Assembly (NCBI GenBank): GCA_021801565.1
Contig: JAJYXV010000003.1
Span: 196,894 to 260,893, forward strand
From: a bacterium
GTDB lineage: Bacteria > Patescibacteriota > Minisyncoccia > UBA6257 > GWB1-50-10
Direction: 5' to 3'
DNA: 64,000 nucleotides
The notes beneath the pieces are model-generated. The model did not search any database. It saw only the letters and a list, made by a program, of their open reading frames with translations, and was not told the origin of the DNA. Position numbers and translations under genes: made by a program. Of the stretch, positions 48,284 through 58,211 are shown piece by piece. The stretch's first letter is position 1; the number at the start of each line of letters is the position of its first letter.

Positions 48284-49537
48284 TTATTCAGAACGTAACG
48301 CTTCCATTGGACTTTTCTTTGCTGCCTGCCGCGCTGGGAAAATGCCGAATAAAATCCCAGTTCCGCAAGACACCAATACTCCAAGTATTAATCCACCAAT
48401 TGAGAAAAAAAATGGGAAATGAGTATTCATAATATAAGAGGCAACCAAAGTAATGAGAAAGGTAAGCACTGACCCAGCAATGATACCAAGCATTCCTCCT
48501 AAAAATGTGAGAAATATTGATTCGAGTAAAAATTGGGAAAGAATATTTCCATTTGTTGCTCCGAGCGCTTTTCGAAGTCCTATTTCACGCGTCCGTTCGG
48601 TTACCGAAACAAACATAATGTTCATCACCCCGATTCCCCCGACAAGAAGAGAAATTGCGGCAACAAAAGCAAGAAACACGGTTACTGCATTTAAAATACT
48701 ATCCACGCTTTTTATAATATCTTCCTGTGTGCTTACGATGAAATTATCTTTTTTTGGATCTTCAATGTCATGATTTTCCCTAAGTACACGTTTTATATCC
48801 ATCACCATTTCTGGTACCGCTTCGGTCGACTTCGCTTTTATTGCTATCTCGTGAAAATAGCGGATACCCAATACATATTGTTGCATTGTGGTATATGGCA
48901 CGAGTGCAATGTCGTCTATACCAAACATTGAAGAATTTGATGTCGAAAGAATTCCTATTACTTTAAATTTTTGGTCTTTTATTTTAATTTTCTCTCCAAT
49001 TGGATTTTGCAAACCAAACAGATCTTTTGCCACATTTTTTCCGATAACCGCTACGCTTGCTTTTTCATTCACCTCATCACTTGTGAATTTTCTTCCGGTA
49101 TTTACAGAAATATTGTAAACCTCAAATGCATATGCGCCGGTACCAAGTATTGTTGTTGTTCTTACCTCTGGCCCATATGAAATACTCATTGATCCATTTA
49201 CCGACGGATTTACAATCGTCGCATCCGGTACATTTGTTTTTTTCTCCAGACTTTTTACATCTTCTTCGGTTAAAGATTTCAAAAGCATTGATGCTGATTG
49301 GTTGCTAAAACTAAACAGTCCCCCATCAGACGGTTTTCCCGGATTAATAAAAACATTTTCTGATCCAAATGATTGTATTTCTTTTACAATCAACTCCGTT
49401 GCGCTTCCTCCGATAGACATAACAATCATAATGGCGCTTACTCCAATTACTATTCCAAGTATAGTAAGAAATGATCTACCCTTGTGTGTCACTAGAGCCT
49501 GTATTGATGTTCTTATTATATCTTGGGGATGTAGCAT
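48284..49537 (-). CDS. MacB-like ABC transporter permease
   Basis: RSFLTILGIVIGV, GGIGVMNIMFVSVTERTREIGLRKALGA. Confidence 0.92.
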   Translation of the reverse strand: MLHPQDIIRTSIQALVTHKGRSFLTILGIVIGVSAIMIVMSIGGSATELIVKEIQSFGSENVFINPGKPSDGGLFSFSNQSASMLLKSLTEEDVKSLEKKTNVPDATIVNPSVNGSMSISYGPEVRTTTILGTGAYAFEVYNISVNTGRKFTSDEVNEKASVAVIGKNVAKDLFGLQNPIGEKIKIKDQKFKVIGILSTSNSSMFGIDDIALVPYTTMQQYVLGIRYFHEIAIKAKSTEAVPEMVMDIKRVLRENHDIEDPKKDNFIVSTQEDIIKSVDSILNAVTVFLAFVAAISLLVGGIGVMNIMFVSVTERTREIGLRKALGATNGNILSQFLLESIFLTFLGGMLGIIAGSVLTFLITLVASYIMNTHFPFFFSIGGLILGVLVSCGTGILFGIFPARQAAKKSPMEALRSE

Positions 49538-49543
49538 AATATA

Positions 49544-50788
49544 TTATTCATAATGCAGCGATTCAATTGGATTTCTTTTTCCCGCTTTACGTGCCGGAAA
49601 AATACCAAAGGCAATTCCGATAGCAAAGGATACAATAATACCCCACATTGCGCCTCCTATTGAAAACACATATGGAAAATTAAGACCGGCAAACACGCGG
49701 GCGGCATATGAAAGAATTCCCGTGAGAAGTGTACCACCCATAACGCCAATAATTCCGCCAATCATAGTAAGAAGTAGTGCTTCAAAAAGAAATTGAGTAA
49801 GAATATTTTTATTTGTTGCTCCGAGCGCTTTTCGAAGTCCTATTTCACGCGTCCGTTCTGTAACTGAAACAAGCATAATATTCATGATACCGATTCCTCC
49901 AACAATAAGAGAGATCGCGGCAACGGATGTAAGGAGTACTGTAAGAATGCCCGTTATCGTTTTTATTCTATTTGCAATATCTTCTTGTGTTTGGATAAAA
50001 AAATCGTCTTTGTCCGGATTGTCTATATTATGATTGTTTCTTAAGAGAGTTTTTATATCCCTAATGGTTTCAGGAACTGATTCTACGGAATCTGCCTCAA
50101 CAACAATACGGTTGAAATAGTGTTGTCCCAGAATATCTTGTTGCACAGATGTATATGGAGCAATAATTGCCTTATTAAAATCCACAAATGAACCCTGTCC
50201 CTCAGAGGCAAGCGTTCCAATCACTCTAAACTTTCCGTCTTTCAGTTTTACTTTTTCTCCAATTGGGTTATTGTTTCCAAACAATTCTTCTCGTACTTTA
50301 TTTCCAATAACCACTACTCTTTCCTTTTGTTCAACATCTACTGCATCAAAAAACCTTCCTGATTGTATGGTGAGATCAAAATTTTTCTTCATATACTCAC
50401 TTCCCCCGATGACCATAGCATCATATGTTTCTGATTCAAATGACGCTGTTGCATATCCAAAAACATAAGGAATTATATTTTTCGCACTCGGAACATTTGA
50501 TTTTTTCTGTAAGTCTTGAAAATCTTTTTCCTTCAAAGAATCGTTCAATATGGTTCCTGCAGCATCCATAGGACCTTGCGGTTGTCTTCCGGGGAGAATA
50601 AATATATTGGAAGGACCAAAACGCTGTATCTCACCGATCACAAGTTGTTCGGCGCTTTGTCCGACAGACATAACCGCCATAATAGAAGTAATACCGACGA
50701 CAATACCGAGAACGGTGAGAATTGAACGGCTTTTATGGATGGAAATTCCTCCAACTGCCATTCGTAAAGAATCTGAAAGGCGTATCAT
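49544..50788 (-). CDS. MacB-like ABC transporter permease (paralog)
   Basis: RSILTVLGIVVG, GGIGIMNIMLVSVTERTREIGLRKALGA. Confidence 0.92.
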   Translation of the reverse strand: MIRLSDSLRMAVGGISIHKSRSILTVLGIVVGITSIMAVMSVGQSAEQLVIGEIQRFGPSNIFILPGRQPQGPMDAAGTILNDSLKEKDFQDLQKKSNVPSAKNIIPYVFGYATASFESETYDAMVIGGSEYMKKNFDLTIQSGRFFDAVDVEQKERVVVIGNKVREELFGNNNPIGEKVKLKDGKFRVIGTLASEGQGSFVDFNKAIIAPYTSVQQDILGQHYFNRIVVEADSVESVPETIRDIKTLLRNNHNIDNPDKDDFFIQTQEDIANRIKTITGILTVLLTSVAAISLIVGGIGIMNIMLVSVTERTREIGLRKALGATNKNILTQFLFEALLLTMIGGIIGVMGGTLLTGILSYAARVFAGLNFPYVFSIGGAMWGIIVSFAIGIAFGIFPARKAGKRNPIESLHYE

Positions 50789-50793
50789 AGTTT

Positions 50794-51513
50794 CTACTTT
50801 GAGAATCCTTCCTCTGAAATGATTCTCCTTTTTTCTACCTTTTCATCTTTTTCAATCCTTCCATCTATAATATGGAGAATTCTTCCTCCGGCATGAGCGA
50901 CATACGATTCATGTGTTACTACCACTATAGTGTGTCCCTGATCATTCAATTTTTGAAGAAATTCAAGAACAACCCCGCCGGATTTTGAATCGAGATTTCC
51001 AGTTGGTTCATCGGCAAAAATTATTTTTGGATTATTTACAAGCGCTCGCGCTATTGCAACGCGTTGTTTCTGTCCTCCTGATAACTTTGATGTCCGAAAA
51101 TCGATGCGATCATCAAGTCCGACAAGATGTATAAGCTCACAGGCTTTTTTATTTCGTTCTTTCATTGGGATTCCCCGGTACATAAGAGGAAGTGCAACAT
51201 TTTCCAATACACTTAATCGCGGAAGAAGATTGAATGCTTGAAATACAAAACCGATTTTCTCGTTCCGTATATGTGCAAGTTCATCATCACTATATGTCTC
51301 AAGTTCTTTTCCTTCAAAAAAATATTTTCCTTTAGTAGGCCGATCAAGGTATCCCAAGACTTGCATAAGTGTAGACTTACCAGATCCCGATGGTCCCACA
51401 ATACTTACAAATTCCCCCTCATTAATTTTCAAACTCACATCAAAAAATGCTCTGGTTCGCACCTCCTCATCAATATAAATTTTTTCAAGTTTCTCTGTTC
51501 GTATGAGCTCCAT
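50794..51513 (-). CDS. ABC transporter ATP-binding protein (MacB/LolD type)
   Basis: [37 protein letters not shown]. Confidence 0.95.
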   Translation of the reverse strand: MELIRTEKLEKIYIDEEVRTRAFFDVSLKINEGEFVSIVGPSGSGKSTLMQVLGYLDRPTKGKYFFEGKELETYSDDELAHIRNEKIGFVFQAFNLLPRLSVLENVALPLMYRGIPMKERNKKACELIHLVGLDDRIDFRTSKLSGGQKQRVAIARALVNNPKIIFADEPTGNLDSKSGGVVLEFLQKLNDQGHTIVVVTHESYVAHAGGRILHIIDGRIEKDEKVEKRRIISEEGFSK

Positions 51514-51515
51514 GA

Positions 51516-53078
51516 TTATTCCGTAGTTACTTTTTCATTTTCTGTCAGTCCTGAAAGTATTTCTGTTTTTCCGTCTGATCCCCGAAGTCCGGTTGTTATT
51601 TCTATTTCACGGACTGTTCCGTCCGCCTGTAATACTTTTGCTGTCTTCTTTCCATCTTTTGAGAAAATATTTCTTGATGGAATATACAATATATTTTCTT
51701 TTTTATCTGCAAGTATATCCACATTTGCAGTGAGTCCAGAAAGAATTCTCTCATCATTTTCTTCAAATTGAAGAGTTGTTTTGTATGTGGGGACACCATC
51801 TATAATTGTTTCCGATAAATTTTTCTTTGAAACTACCGCATTGAACATCACATCGTTTCCATATGCATCAAGCGTTACCCGCGCTTTATTCCCAATCTTT
51901 ATTTTTGCGATATCAGATTCAGTAATATTTGATTCAATTTCAAAATTTCCAGAGCCAATGAGTGACACCATTAAAACATTTGCACTTATAATATCTCCAA
52001 GTTTTGCATCTATTTTTGTTATTACTCCGGAAAATGGAGCATGAATATATGTCTTTTCAAGCTGTGATTCATAATAAAGAACATTCGCCTCTGCCTGGGC
52101 AATTTGCGCTTCTTGACCGGCAATTTGTTCAGCTGTAGCGCCGGCACGTTTCAAAGAAAGTTCATCTTCCGTTCTTTGCACAACAACTTTTTGTGATGCG
52201 ATTGCCTGCGATTGGGTGCTAAGTGAAGTGAATGCGATGTTTGTATTCGTCCTCCCTGTATTTATATCTAATTTATATGCACTGATTGTTGTTACAGAAA
52301 GGCCGACTGATGAATCTACAACGTCCATCGCTCGTGAAAGATAATCGCGCACAACAGCGAGATGATTTTTCCCATATTGCAATTCTTTTTCTAGTTCCTC
52401 GCTCGGAGTTGAATAATTTATCGTTTGTAACTCATCTTTCCATGCATTTAATTCACTTCCCGCCCGTACTCGGAGGGCAATAACATCGATTTGCGATTGA
52501 AGATCAGAGGCGGTGAATGTCAATTTCGGATTTTGTGTTTCATCATCGGTAAACAGATTATCTGTCTTCGTACGCACCGCATCATCTGCTTTCGCATAGG
52601 CATCATTCAATACATCGCGCACCCCCACATAATAATTCTGTAAATCTTGTTCAGCTTTCGCGAGTTCAGCTTCTTTTACTTTAATTTCTTCCTCTCGTGT
52701 TCCTTTGTTTAGTTCATCAAGTTTCGATTGTTGCATTTGTAAACTTGCTCGTGCCTGTGCAACTTGCGCAAAAAGATCTGAATTTTCAAGTTGTACAAGT
52801 GTCTGCCCACTTCCTACCTTATCTCCTACTTTCACTGCTATTCGAGTGATTTTCCCCCCACGTTCAAATGCAAGATCAACGTTTTTTGAAGGAACAACAA
52901 TTCCGGTTACGCTTACCTCCGAAATTATTTCCCCTCTTTTTACTTCGACAAAATTTGTTCCATTTCCTCCATTCTTTTTAAAAACAAAAAAAGAAATTGC
53001 AGCGAGAATAATTATTCCGAAGATAATAAACCATTTTCTGTTTTTTTTATTAAAAATTTTTTTCTCTTTTTTTTCCAT
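51516..53078 (-). CDS. Efflux membrane-fusion (MacA-like) adaptor
   Basis: N-terminal TM, lipoyl halves (V.VGDKV..GQ, I.APFSG), long alpha hairpin. Confidence 0.88.
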   Translation of the reverse strand: MEKKEKKIFNKKNRKWFIIFGIIILAAISFFVFKKNGGNGTNFVEVKRGEIISEVSVTGIVVPSKNVDLAFERGGKITRIAVKVGDKVGSGQTLVQLENSDLFAQVAQARASLQMQQSKLDELNKGTREEEIKVKEAELAKAEQDLQNYYVGVRDVLNDAYAKADDAVRTKTDNLFTDDETQNPKLTFTASDLQSQIDVIALRVRAGSELNAWKDELQTINYSTPSEELEKELQYGKNHLAVVRDYLSRAMDVVDSSVGLSVTTISAYKLDINTGRTNTNIAFTSLSTQSQAIASQKVVVQRTEDELSLKRAGATAEQIAGQEAQIAQAEANVLYYESQLEKTYIHAPFSGVITKIDAKLGDIISANVLMVSLIGSGNFEIESNITESDIAKIKIGNKARVTLDAYGNDVMFNAVVSKKNLSETIIDGVPTYKTTLQFEENDERILSGLTANVDILADKKENILYIPSRNIFSKDGKKTAKVLQADGTVREIEITTGLRGSDGKTEILSGLTENEKVTTE

Positions 53079-53397
53079 ATTTCTCTTGTTTTTTTTCTTT
53101 AAACTTTTTTATTTCTTCCCTCAAGACATCTTTCACCATATCAATACTCGTTCTTACATCAATATCAAAATGTTCAGCACGAATTGTTTTTCCGGGAAGT
53201 TCTAATGTTGCTTCGGCATAGAATACATCCCCTTTTTTATGATGTTTGGTCGATCTTGCAATTTCTATAAAAAGAACAATTTCCCCCCCGTATTCAAAAC
53301 GAGAGAGCATTTTTCCAAGCGGAGCAAATTTGTCATCAATATATTTTTTTATCGAAGGAGTAAGATCTAATTTATTTCCCAAAACATCCACTCTCAT
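53050..53397 (-). CDS. hpf: Ribosome hibernation factor HPF/RaiA
   Basis: LDLTPSIKKYI..K, HHKKGDVFYAEATL.LPG..IRAE, SID. Confidence 0.85.
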   Translation of the reverse strand: MRVDVLGNKLDLTPSIKKYIDDKFAPLGKMLSRFEYGGEIVLFIEIARSTKHHKKGDVFYAEATLELPGKTIRAEHFDIDVRTSIDMVKDVLREEIKKFKEKKQEKYGKKREKNF

Positions 53398-53494
53398 GAA
53401 CAAATCTTAACACACTAAGCCGTCTTTTGAAAGATAAAATACATTTTTATATTATCTTTTCAACTCTCATTTTGTTATAAAATTCGTAAATACC

Positions 53495-53525
53495 AAAAAA
53501 GGTTTTCATAATAATGAAAACCTTT
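53495..53525 (-). terminator. Terminator after hisS-tRNA-His
   Basis: AAAAAAGGTTTTCAT-AATA-ATGAAAACCTTT. Confidence 0.65.
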
Positions 53526-53547
53526 GTATAAACCGCAAAAAGCGGCG

Positions 53548-53620
53548 GGGGTATGGCGGGGGTCGAACCCGTAACCTTCGGTTCCACAGACCGTTGCTCT
53601 ACCATTGAGCCACATACCCC
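53548..53620 (-). tRNA. tRNA-His(GTG)
   Basis: G-1:C73 plus GGGTATG/CATACCC acceptor, CGGT-CTGTGGA-ACCG anticodon arm; begins 7 nt after hisS stop. Confidence 0.93.
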
Positions 53621-53627
53621 GTGAAAC

Positions 53628-55043
53628 TTAAGAAATGACTGACCTTACTTTAGCAACAATTTCAGATTTGTCAACTTCTTCTTGTGTTCGTGTAAGTAAA
53701 TTTTTGAGGAGAACGATATCTTTTTTCATTTCTGTCTCGCCAGCAATGATTGCAAATGGTACCTCTGAACTTACCGCAAAAGAAAGTTGATCTCGAAGAC
53801 CCTTTTTTTGTCCCAAATATAATTCAGTTTTGATTCCTGCGGAACGAAGTTCTGTAGTAATTTTTTGAACATATTCTTCCGCTGTTTTATCAAAATTTAA
53901 AACCATTGCTTGTGCAACTGTTTTTTCTTGTGACAGAATTCCGAGCTTTTGAAGCATTGCAAATAATCGATCTACTCCAACCGCAGCACCTGTCGCAGGA
54001 ACAAATTCATTGGAAAATTTCTCAACCAGTCCATCATAACGACCTCCGGAAAACACACTTCCTTTGATTGGAAAATCATCGGGAAGTCCTGTAATTTCCG
54101 TTTCAAATACTGGCCCCGTGTAATACCCAAGACCTCGAGCTATTGAAAAATCAATTTTCCACAACGCCTCATTAACTCCTAGCGCCTCAAGATTTTTTGA
54201 TATTTCTTGAAGTTCTGAAATACCAACGAGTGCAGTGGGTGCACCCTTCATTAACTCTGATGCTTTCATAAGCATCTCTGAATTTGATCCATTAATTTCG
54301 ATGAATTTTTTGATTACGTCAACTTGATTTTCGTTTAACCCAATCTCTTTGAGTCCCGATTGAACTCCTTCCCATTGAATTTTATCAAGTTTATCAATAA
54401 TTCGAAGCACGTCTGGAGTTATCTCATTATTAAACCCGGCACATTCAGACAGTCCATTTAAAACCTTTCGATTATTCACTTTAATAACAAAATTCTCAAC
54501 ACCGAGAGCTTTCATTACTGCCGACATTATCGCAATGATTTCTGCATCCGCCATCATACTTGTTGATCCTGCAATATCCACATCAAATTGAGTGAATTCT
54601 CGATAACGTCCTTCTTGAGGTTTTTCTCCTCTCCACACTACACCTCTTTGATAACGTTTCAGTGGACGAGGGAGCTCTGGGTATTGAGCAAGTAAGCGCG
54701 CAAACTGTATGGTTAAATCAAATCTGAGGGCCTTACCCTCCCCAAAAATTCTTTCCTTCTCATCTTTCACCATACCGTCGTCGATAGCATTCTCAATTTT
54801 CTTGAAATCCTGAAACTGAAGGACGCTGTAGATATTTTTTTTGAAATCGGGGTCTCCTCCCGTTAAAATTTCTTCACGTTCAACACACGGACCCTCAAGT
54901 GGCACAAAACCATATAATTCACAAACGTTACGAATAGTATCAAACATCCGCTGACGTGGAATCATATCTTTTGGCAAGTAATCATTGAACCCCGCAACTA
55001 ATTTCGGTGTTATTTTCTTTTGTTTATTATTCTTCATTTCCAT
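53628..55043 (-). CDS. hisS: Histidine--tRNA ligase
   Basis: LRFDLT, WRGEKPQEGRYREFTQFDVDI, ARGLGYYTG, GGRYDGL. Confidence 0.96.
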   Translation of the reverse strand: MEMKNNKQKKITPKLVAGFNDYLPKDMIPRQRMFDTIRNVCELYGFVPLEGPCVEREEILTGGDPDFKKNIYSVLQFQDFKKIENAIDDGMVKDEKERIFGEGKALRFDLTIQFARLLAQYPELPRPLKRYQRGVVWRGEKPQEGRYREFTQFDVDIAGSTSMMADAEIIAIMSAVMKALGVENFVIKVNNRKVLNGLSECAGFNNEITPDVLRIIDKLDKIQWEGVQSGLKEIGLNENQVDVIKKFIEINGSNSEMLMKASELMKGAPTALVGISELQEISKNLEALGVNEALWKIDFSIARGLGYYTGPVFETEITGLPDDFPIKGSVFSGGRYDGLVEKFSNEFVPATGAAVGVDRLFAMLQKLGILSQEKTVAQAMVLNFDKTAEEYVQKITTELRSAGIKTELYLGQKKGLRDQLSFAVSSEVPFAIIAGETEMKKDIVLLKNLLTRTQEEVDKSEIVAKVRSVIS

Positions 55044-55118
55044 ACTCCTTTATTTTACTAATAAATTTTAAATAATACTACCATAATAATAAAACTAAAT
55101 CAATATATTGTCAAATGC

Positions 55119-55148
55119 AAAAACCGCCACAAAATGGCGGTGTTTTTT
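55119..55148 (-). terminator. Terminator after AstE-like gene
   Basis: AAAAACCGCCA-CAAAA-TGGCGGTGTTTTTT. Confidence 0.75.
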
Positions 55149-55968
55149 AACGTAATTTTTCTGTTCCGAGAATAAAGGCCTCCTCACCACTTTCCTTACA
55201 ATTCTTTGCAAAAATAATGACTCCGTCAGATTTTGCAAAAATCGGAGTTTGTCCATCATATCCCAGAAATTTACCTTTCATTATCGGCTCAAAATCGGCA
55301 AATTCACGATCAATCGTAAAATTCTTTTGCGTCTTGTAAATATAGTGTGCATGTATCTCGCGTTGGTTTTTCATCTCCTTCAGTTCCTCTTTGCCTGAGA
55401 TGAGATCCATTATTTTTAAGAATGTCACAATTGAATCATATGCACGTTTTGGAGCTTCTGGATCTTTATGATATCCGCATTCGACGCATATTCCATTTCC
55501 CTTTTGTGGATTGTTGTTTACGAAATAATCAGTCCCCCCTTCTTCAATATAATCCCATCCATGAGAACGAATCGGAAACGGAAGCATCTTTGCTATGTGA
55601 AACGAATGGGGTTCACAAATGATAAATGGAATACTTTTCTTTGACGAACTTGAGTGTACATCAAGTAGGGCAACACTCTCATTTAAAAACGGTTTAATTT
55701 CCTCTGCGCGTTTAAACTCATATGATCTTTTTTCCTTTTCAGACAATTTTTGAAAAGGACGGAACACTCGGTTCATGTTTGCATCTGTTTGCCGCACTCC
55801 CAATTCCATTGCTTTTAGGTTTGCAAGAATGAAATAGACTTTCCCTCTTTTTATTTCAATGGACATCGCTTTTTGCACTGCTTCAATACCACACACCTCA
55901 TTTCCGTGAACTCCACCCATAATAGTGACAGTATTTCCAGGATTTTTGCCATCTCTTCTGAATATCAT
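55147..55968 (-). CDS. Succinylglutamate desuccinylase/aspartoacylase (M14-like) family protein
   Basis: GGVHGNE, NMNRVF, LDVHS, VECG. Confidence 0.88.
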   Translation of the reverse strand: MIFRRDGKNPGNTVTIMGGVHGNEVCGIEAVQKAMSIEIKRGKVYFILANLKAMELGVRQTDANMNRVFRPFQKLSEKEKRSYEFKRAEEIKPFLNESVALLDVHSSSSKKSIPFIICEPHSFHIAKMLPFPIRSHGWDYIEEGGTDYFVNNNPQKGNGICVECGYHKDPEAPKRAYDSIVTFLKIMDLISGKEELKEMKNQREIHAHYIYKTQKNFTIDREFADFEPIMKGKFLGYDGQTPIFAKSDGVIIFAKNCKESGEEAFILGTEKLR

Positions 55969-56085
55969 AAGATATCCTCCTTATTTGTTTTTTGAATATT
56001 CTGCCTATAGCATCCACAAAAATTGATTATTAGTCAAATTCCGTTGCTATTCTTTATTGAATGCTCAAAATACCATATAATTTCT

Positions 56086-56769
56086 ATGCGTTTTATTATG
56101 AATAGATTTGGAAACATACTTACTTATCAGGAGCTTCTTACAGTACTGCCTGGAGAAAACAACGAACCTCTTATTTCGCTTAATTCAGTCTGTCCTGATA
56201 TAATTTGCAAATATGAAAAAACCGATATGATTCCCCTCACGGGAAATGATATTTATGTCAGAAAAACGGTAGCAGAAAAATTATGCCGTGTACAAGAACG
56301 CATAAAAAAAATATCATCCGAATTTCAATTGCGAGTCGTTTACGGATATCGACATCCAAATATCCAAAAAAAATATTTTAACAAGAAAAAACAAGAATTA
56401 TTAGAAAAAGAAAATATTTCCGATGAAAATATAGATGCCGTCGTACATAATTTTATAGCGGTTCCCGAAGTTGCGGGACATCCAACGGGAGGTGCATTGG
56501 ATCTTACAATTGTAAAAAATGGAAAAATGGTTGATATGGGTACAGAAATTGCGGATTATTCAGATGAAGAAAAAATAAAAACCTATTCAATAAATATAAC
56601 CTCTGAGCAGATGAAGAATCGCATGATACTTCACGATGCTATGCTCTCAGAAAAGTTTGCCCCCTTCTACGGTGAGTGGTGGCACTTTTCCCATGGAGAT
56701 CGAGAATGGGCATATTTTTATGGAGAAGAAAAATCTATATACTCCCCAATATTTTTTGAGAAGAAGTAA
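56086..56769 (+). CDS. VanX-like D,D-dipeptidase (M15D)
   Basis: YGYR...Q, GHPTGGALDLT, DMGT, EWWHFS. Confidence 0.88.
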   Translation: MRFIMNRFGNILTYQELLTVLPGENNEPLISLNSVCPDIICKYEKTDMIPLTGNDIYVRKTVAEKLCRVQERIKKISSEFQLRVVYGYRHPNIQKKYFNKKKQELLEKENISDENIDAVVHNFIAVPEVAGHPTGGALDLTIVKNGKMVDMGTEIADYSDEEKIKTYSINITSEQMKNRMILHDAMLSEKFAPFYGEWWHFSHGDREWAYFYGEEKSIYSPIFFEKK

Positions 56770-56794
56770 AAAATCCCGCTTGAGCGGGATTTTT
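56768..56794. terminator. Bidirectional terminator
   Basis: AAAAAATCCCGC-TTGA-GCGGGATTTTT. Confidence 0.88.
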
Positions 56795-56800
56795 ATAATT

Positions 56801-57370
56801 CTAACAATTTCCGTAGAGATACATTCGGAATTCGCTTTTTGAAGACACTTCTTTCGCGTGTTCTGAAACGTCTTGAACAAGTCCGTCAATAATTTTCGCG
56901 CCGAAGCTTAAATACATATTCTTCGAATTGGATCCTTCAAGTGCGGTTCTCATTACATAAGTCTTGAAACCTTTCTCCTTTGCAACGTTAATTCTTGCCC
57001 GTATAAGACCGGTTCCAATGCCTTTCTTCCTGTAATCGGCATGAACACCAATTTCTGACATATAACATGCCGTTTCTAACTCAAATGGAAGTTTTGACAT
57101 ATTTTCGTGAAGAAACCTCCCAGATTCCCAAGATTTCTCAGCTGGAAGCGCGCATCCAAAACCTACAACAGATTCATCGTGTGCAAGTGCGAGGAATATC
57201 CATCCATTATGTTCGAGATGTTTATTCCATACTTCACGTTCAACATATTCATCCGTATAAGATTCAAAATACGGTGCACCGGCAAATACTTCCTTGTATA
57301 AGTTGATGAAACCTTGTTTTTTTGGAGAGCCTTTTTCTACTTCAACGATTTTTATCTCATCAGCTCTCAT
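56801..57370 (-). CDS. GNAT family N-acetyltransferase
   Basis: YKEVFAGAPYFE, YMSEIGVHADYRKKGIGTGL; start overlaps racemase stop. Confidence 0.85.
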   Translation of the reverse strand: MRADEIKIVEVEKGSPKKQGFINLYKEVFAGAPYFESYTDEYVEREVWNKHLEHNGWIFLALAHDESVVGFGCALPAEKSWESGRFLHENMSKLPFELETACYMSEIGVHADYRKKGIGTGLIRARINVAKEKGFKTYVMRTALEGSNSKNMYLSFGAKIIDGLVQDVSEHAKEVSSKSEFRMYLYGNC

Positions 57371-58127
57371 GGATCACCTCCATGATGCTTCGAAGAACAA
57401 CCATTTGATCTCCGAAGAATATCGATTCAATCGTTCCTCCCGATGGCTGAACAATAAAACGCTCACCGGTTACCTTTCCCACCGCAATTGTTCCTGATCC
57501 GCAAGAAGTCTCATAAAAAAATGTATCAATTGCGCGCACCCATACTACCGGGTGCATCATAACTGATTCCTCTTCTTTTTGAATCCAGACAACACCAACA
57601 GCATCCCTCTTCTCAAGACCAAGCTCTTTTGTAATAGCTCGATGAATTTCTTCATAATTCTTGGGGAATGGGGCATTAATAACAAAATGAACAATACCCC
57701 CGAGATCAACAAGTGTTCCTGTGTGTCCATGGACATTTTTTAATTCTTTTGAAGAAACTCTCATTCCGGGGAAAACACATCGCACATCAGCTTTGTTTTT
57801 ATCCGGTGTTTGAATCACTTCTCCAGACACTTTTCCTGAAAAACCAGAAACTGTAAACGATATAGTGCCTACATTATGAATTCTTGAAAGCAGCAATGCT
57901 GCTGCTCGTGATGCGTTTCCGCAAAACTCTCCTCCTGCCATTTCAAAATGGTTTTCTGAGGGTATAAGAAATCCGCATTGCTCTGCACCGGATTTTTCAG
58001 TTTCCGTCATGAGTTGTTTTCCCTTCTCTTCATATTCTGCCCTGGGAAGGGCATGCTCGAGAATGCGGATTGCAGTGGCGTTTCCACCAGCCGCAGAAAT
58101 AACGAAAAGATGATGTTTTTGTTCCAT
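57360..58127 (-). CDS. CntK-like histidine racemase (DapF fold, PLP-independent)
   Basis: GN.T, EQCGF, MAGGEFCGNA, VSG, HFVI, ETSCGSGT, QPSGG; both catalytic Cys present. Confidence 0.75.
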   Translation of the reverse strand: MEQKHHLFVISAAGGNATAIRILEHALPRAEYEEKGKQLMTETEKSGAEQCGFLIPSENHFEMAGGEFCGNASRAAALLLSRIHNVGTISFTVSGFSGKVSGEVIQTPDKNKADVRCVFPGMRVSSKELKNVHGHTGTLVDLGGIVHFVINAPFPKNYEEIHRAITKELGLEKRDAVGVVWIQKEEESVMMHPVVWVRAIDTFFYETSCGSGTIAVGKVTGERFIVQPSGGTIESIFFGDQMVVLRSIMEVIHES

Positions 58128-58211
58128 AAGATACTACTCCTTTTGATTAGTGAAAATTGACAATTTTCTGAGCTTATTATATCCACTTTCTGTTCAAACT
58201 GTCAAAACCAA

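Noticed and set aside
56086-56769. Vancomycin resistance cluster
   Set aside because: Only a VanX-like peptidase; no vanH, vanA/B or vanRS
57360-58127. Staphylopine-type metallophore cluster or canonical dapF
   Set aside because: No cntL/cntM or metal ABC importer nearby; lacks the typical DapF GNDF start and fits CntK motifs better
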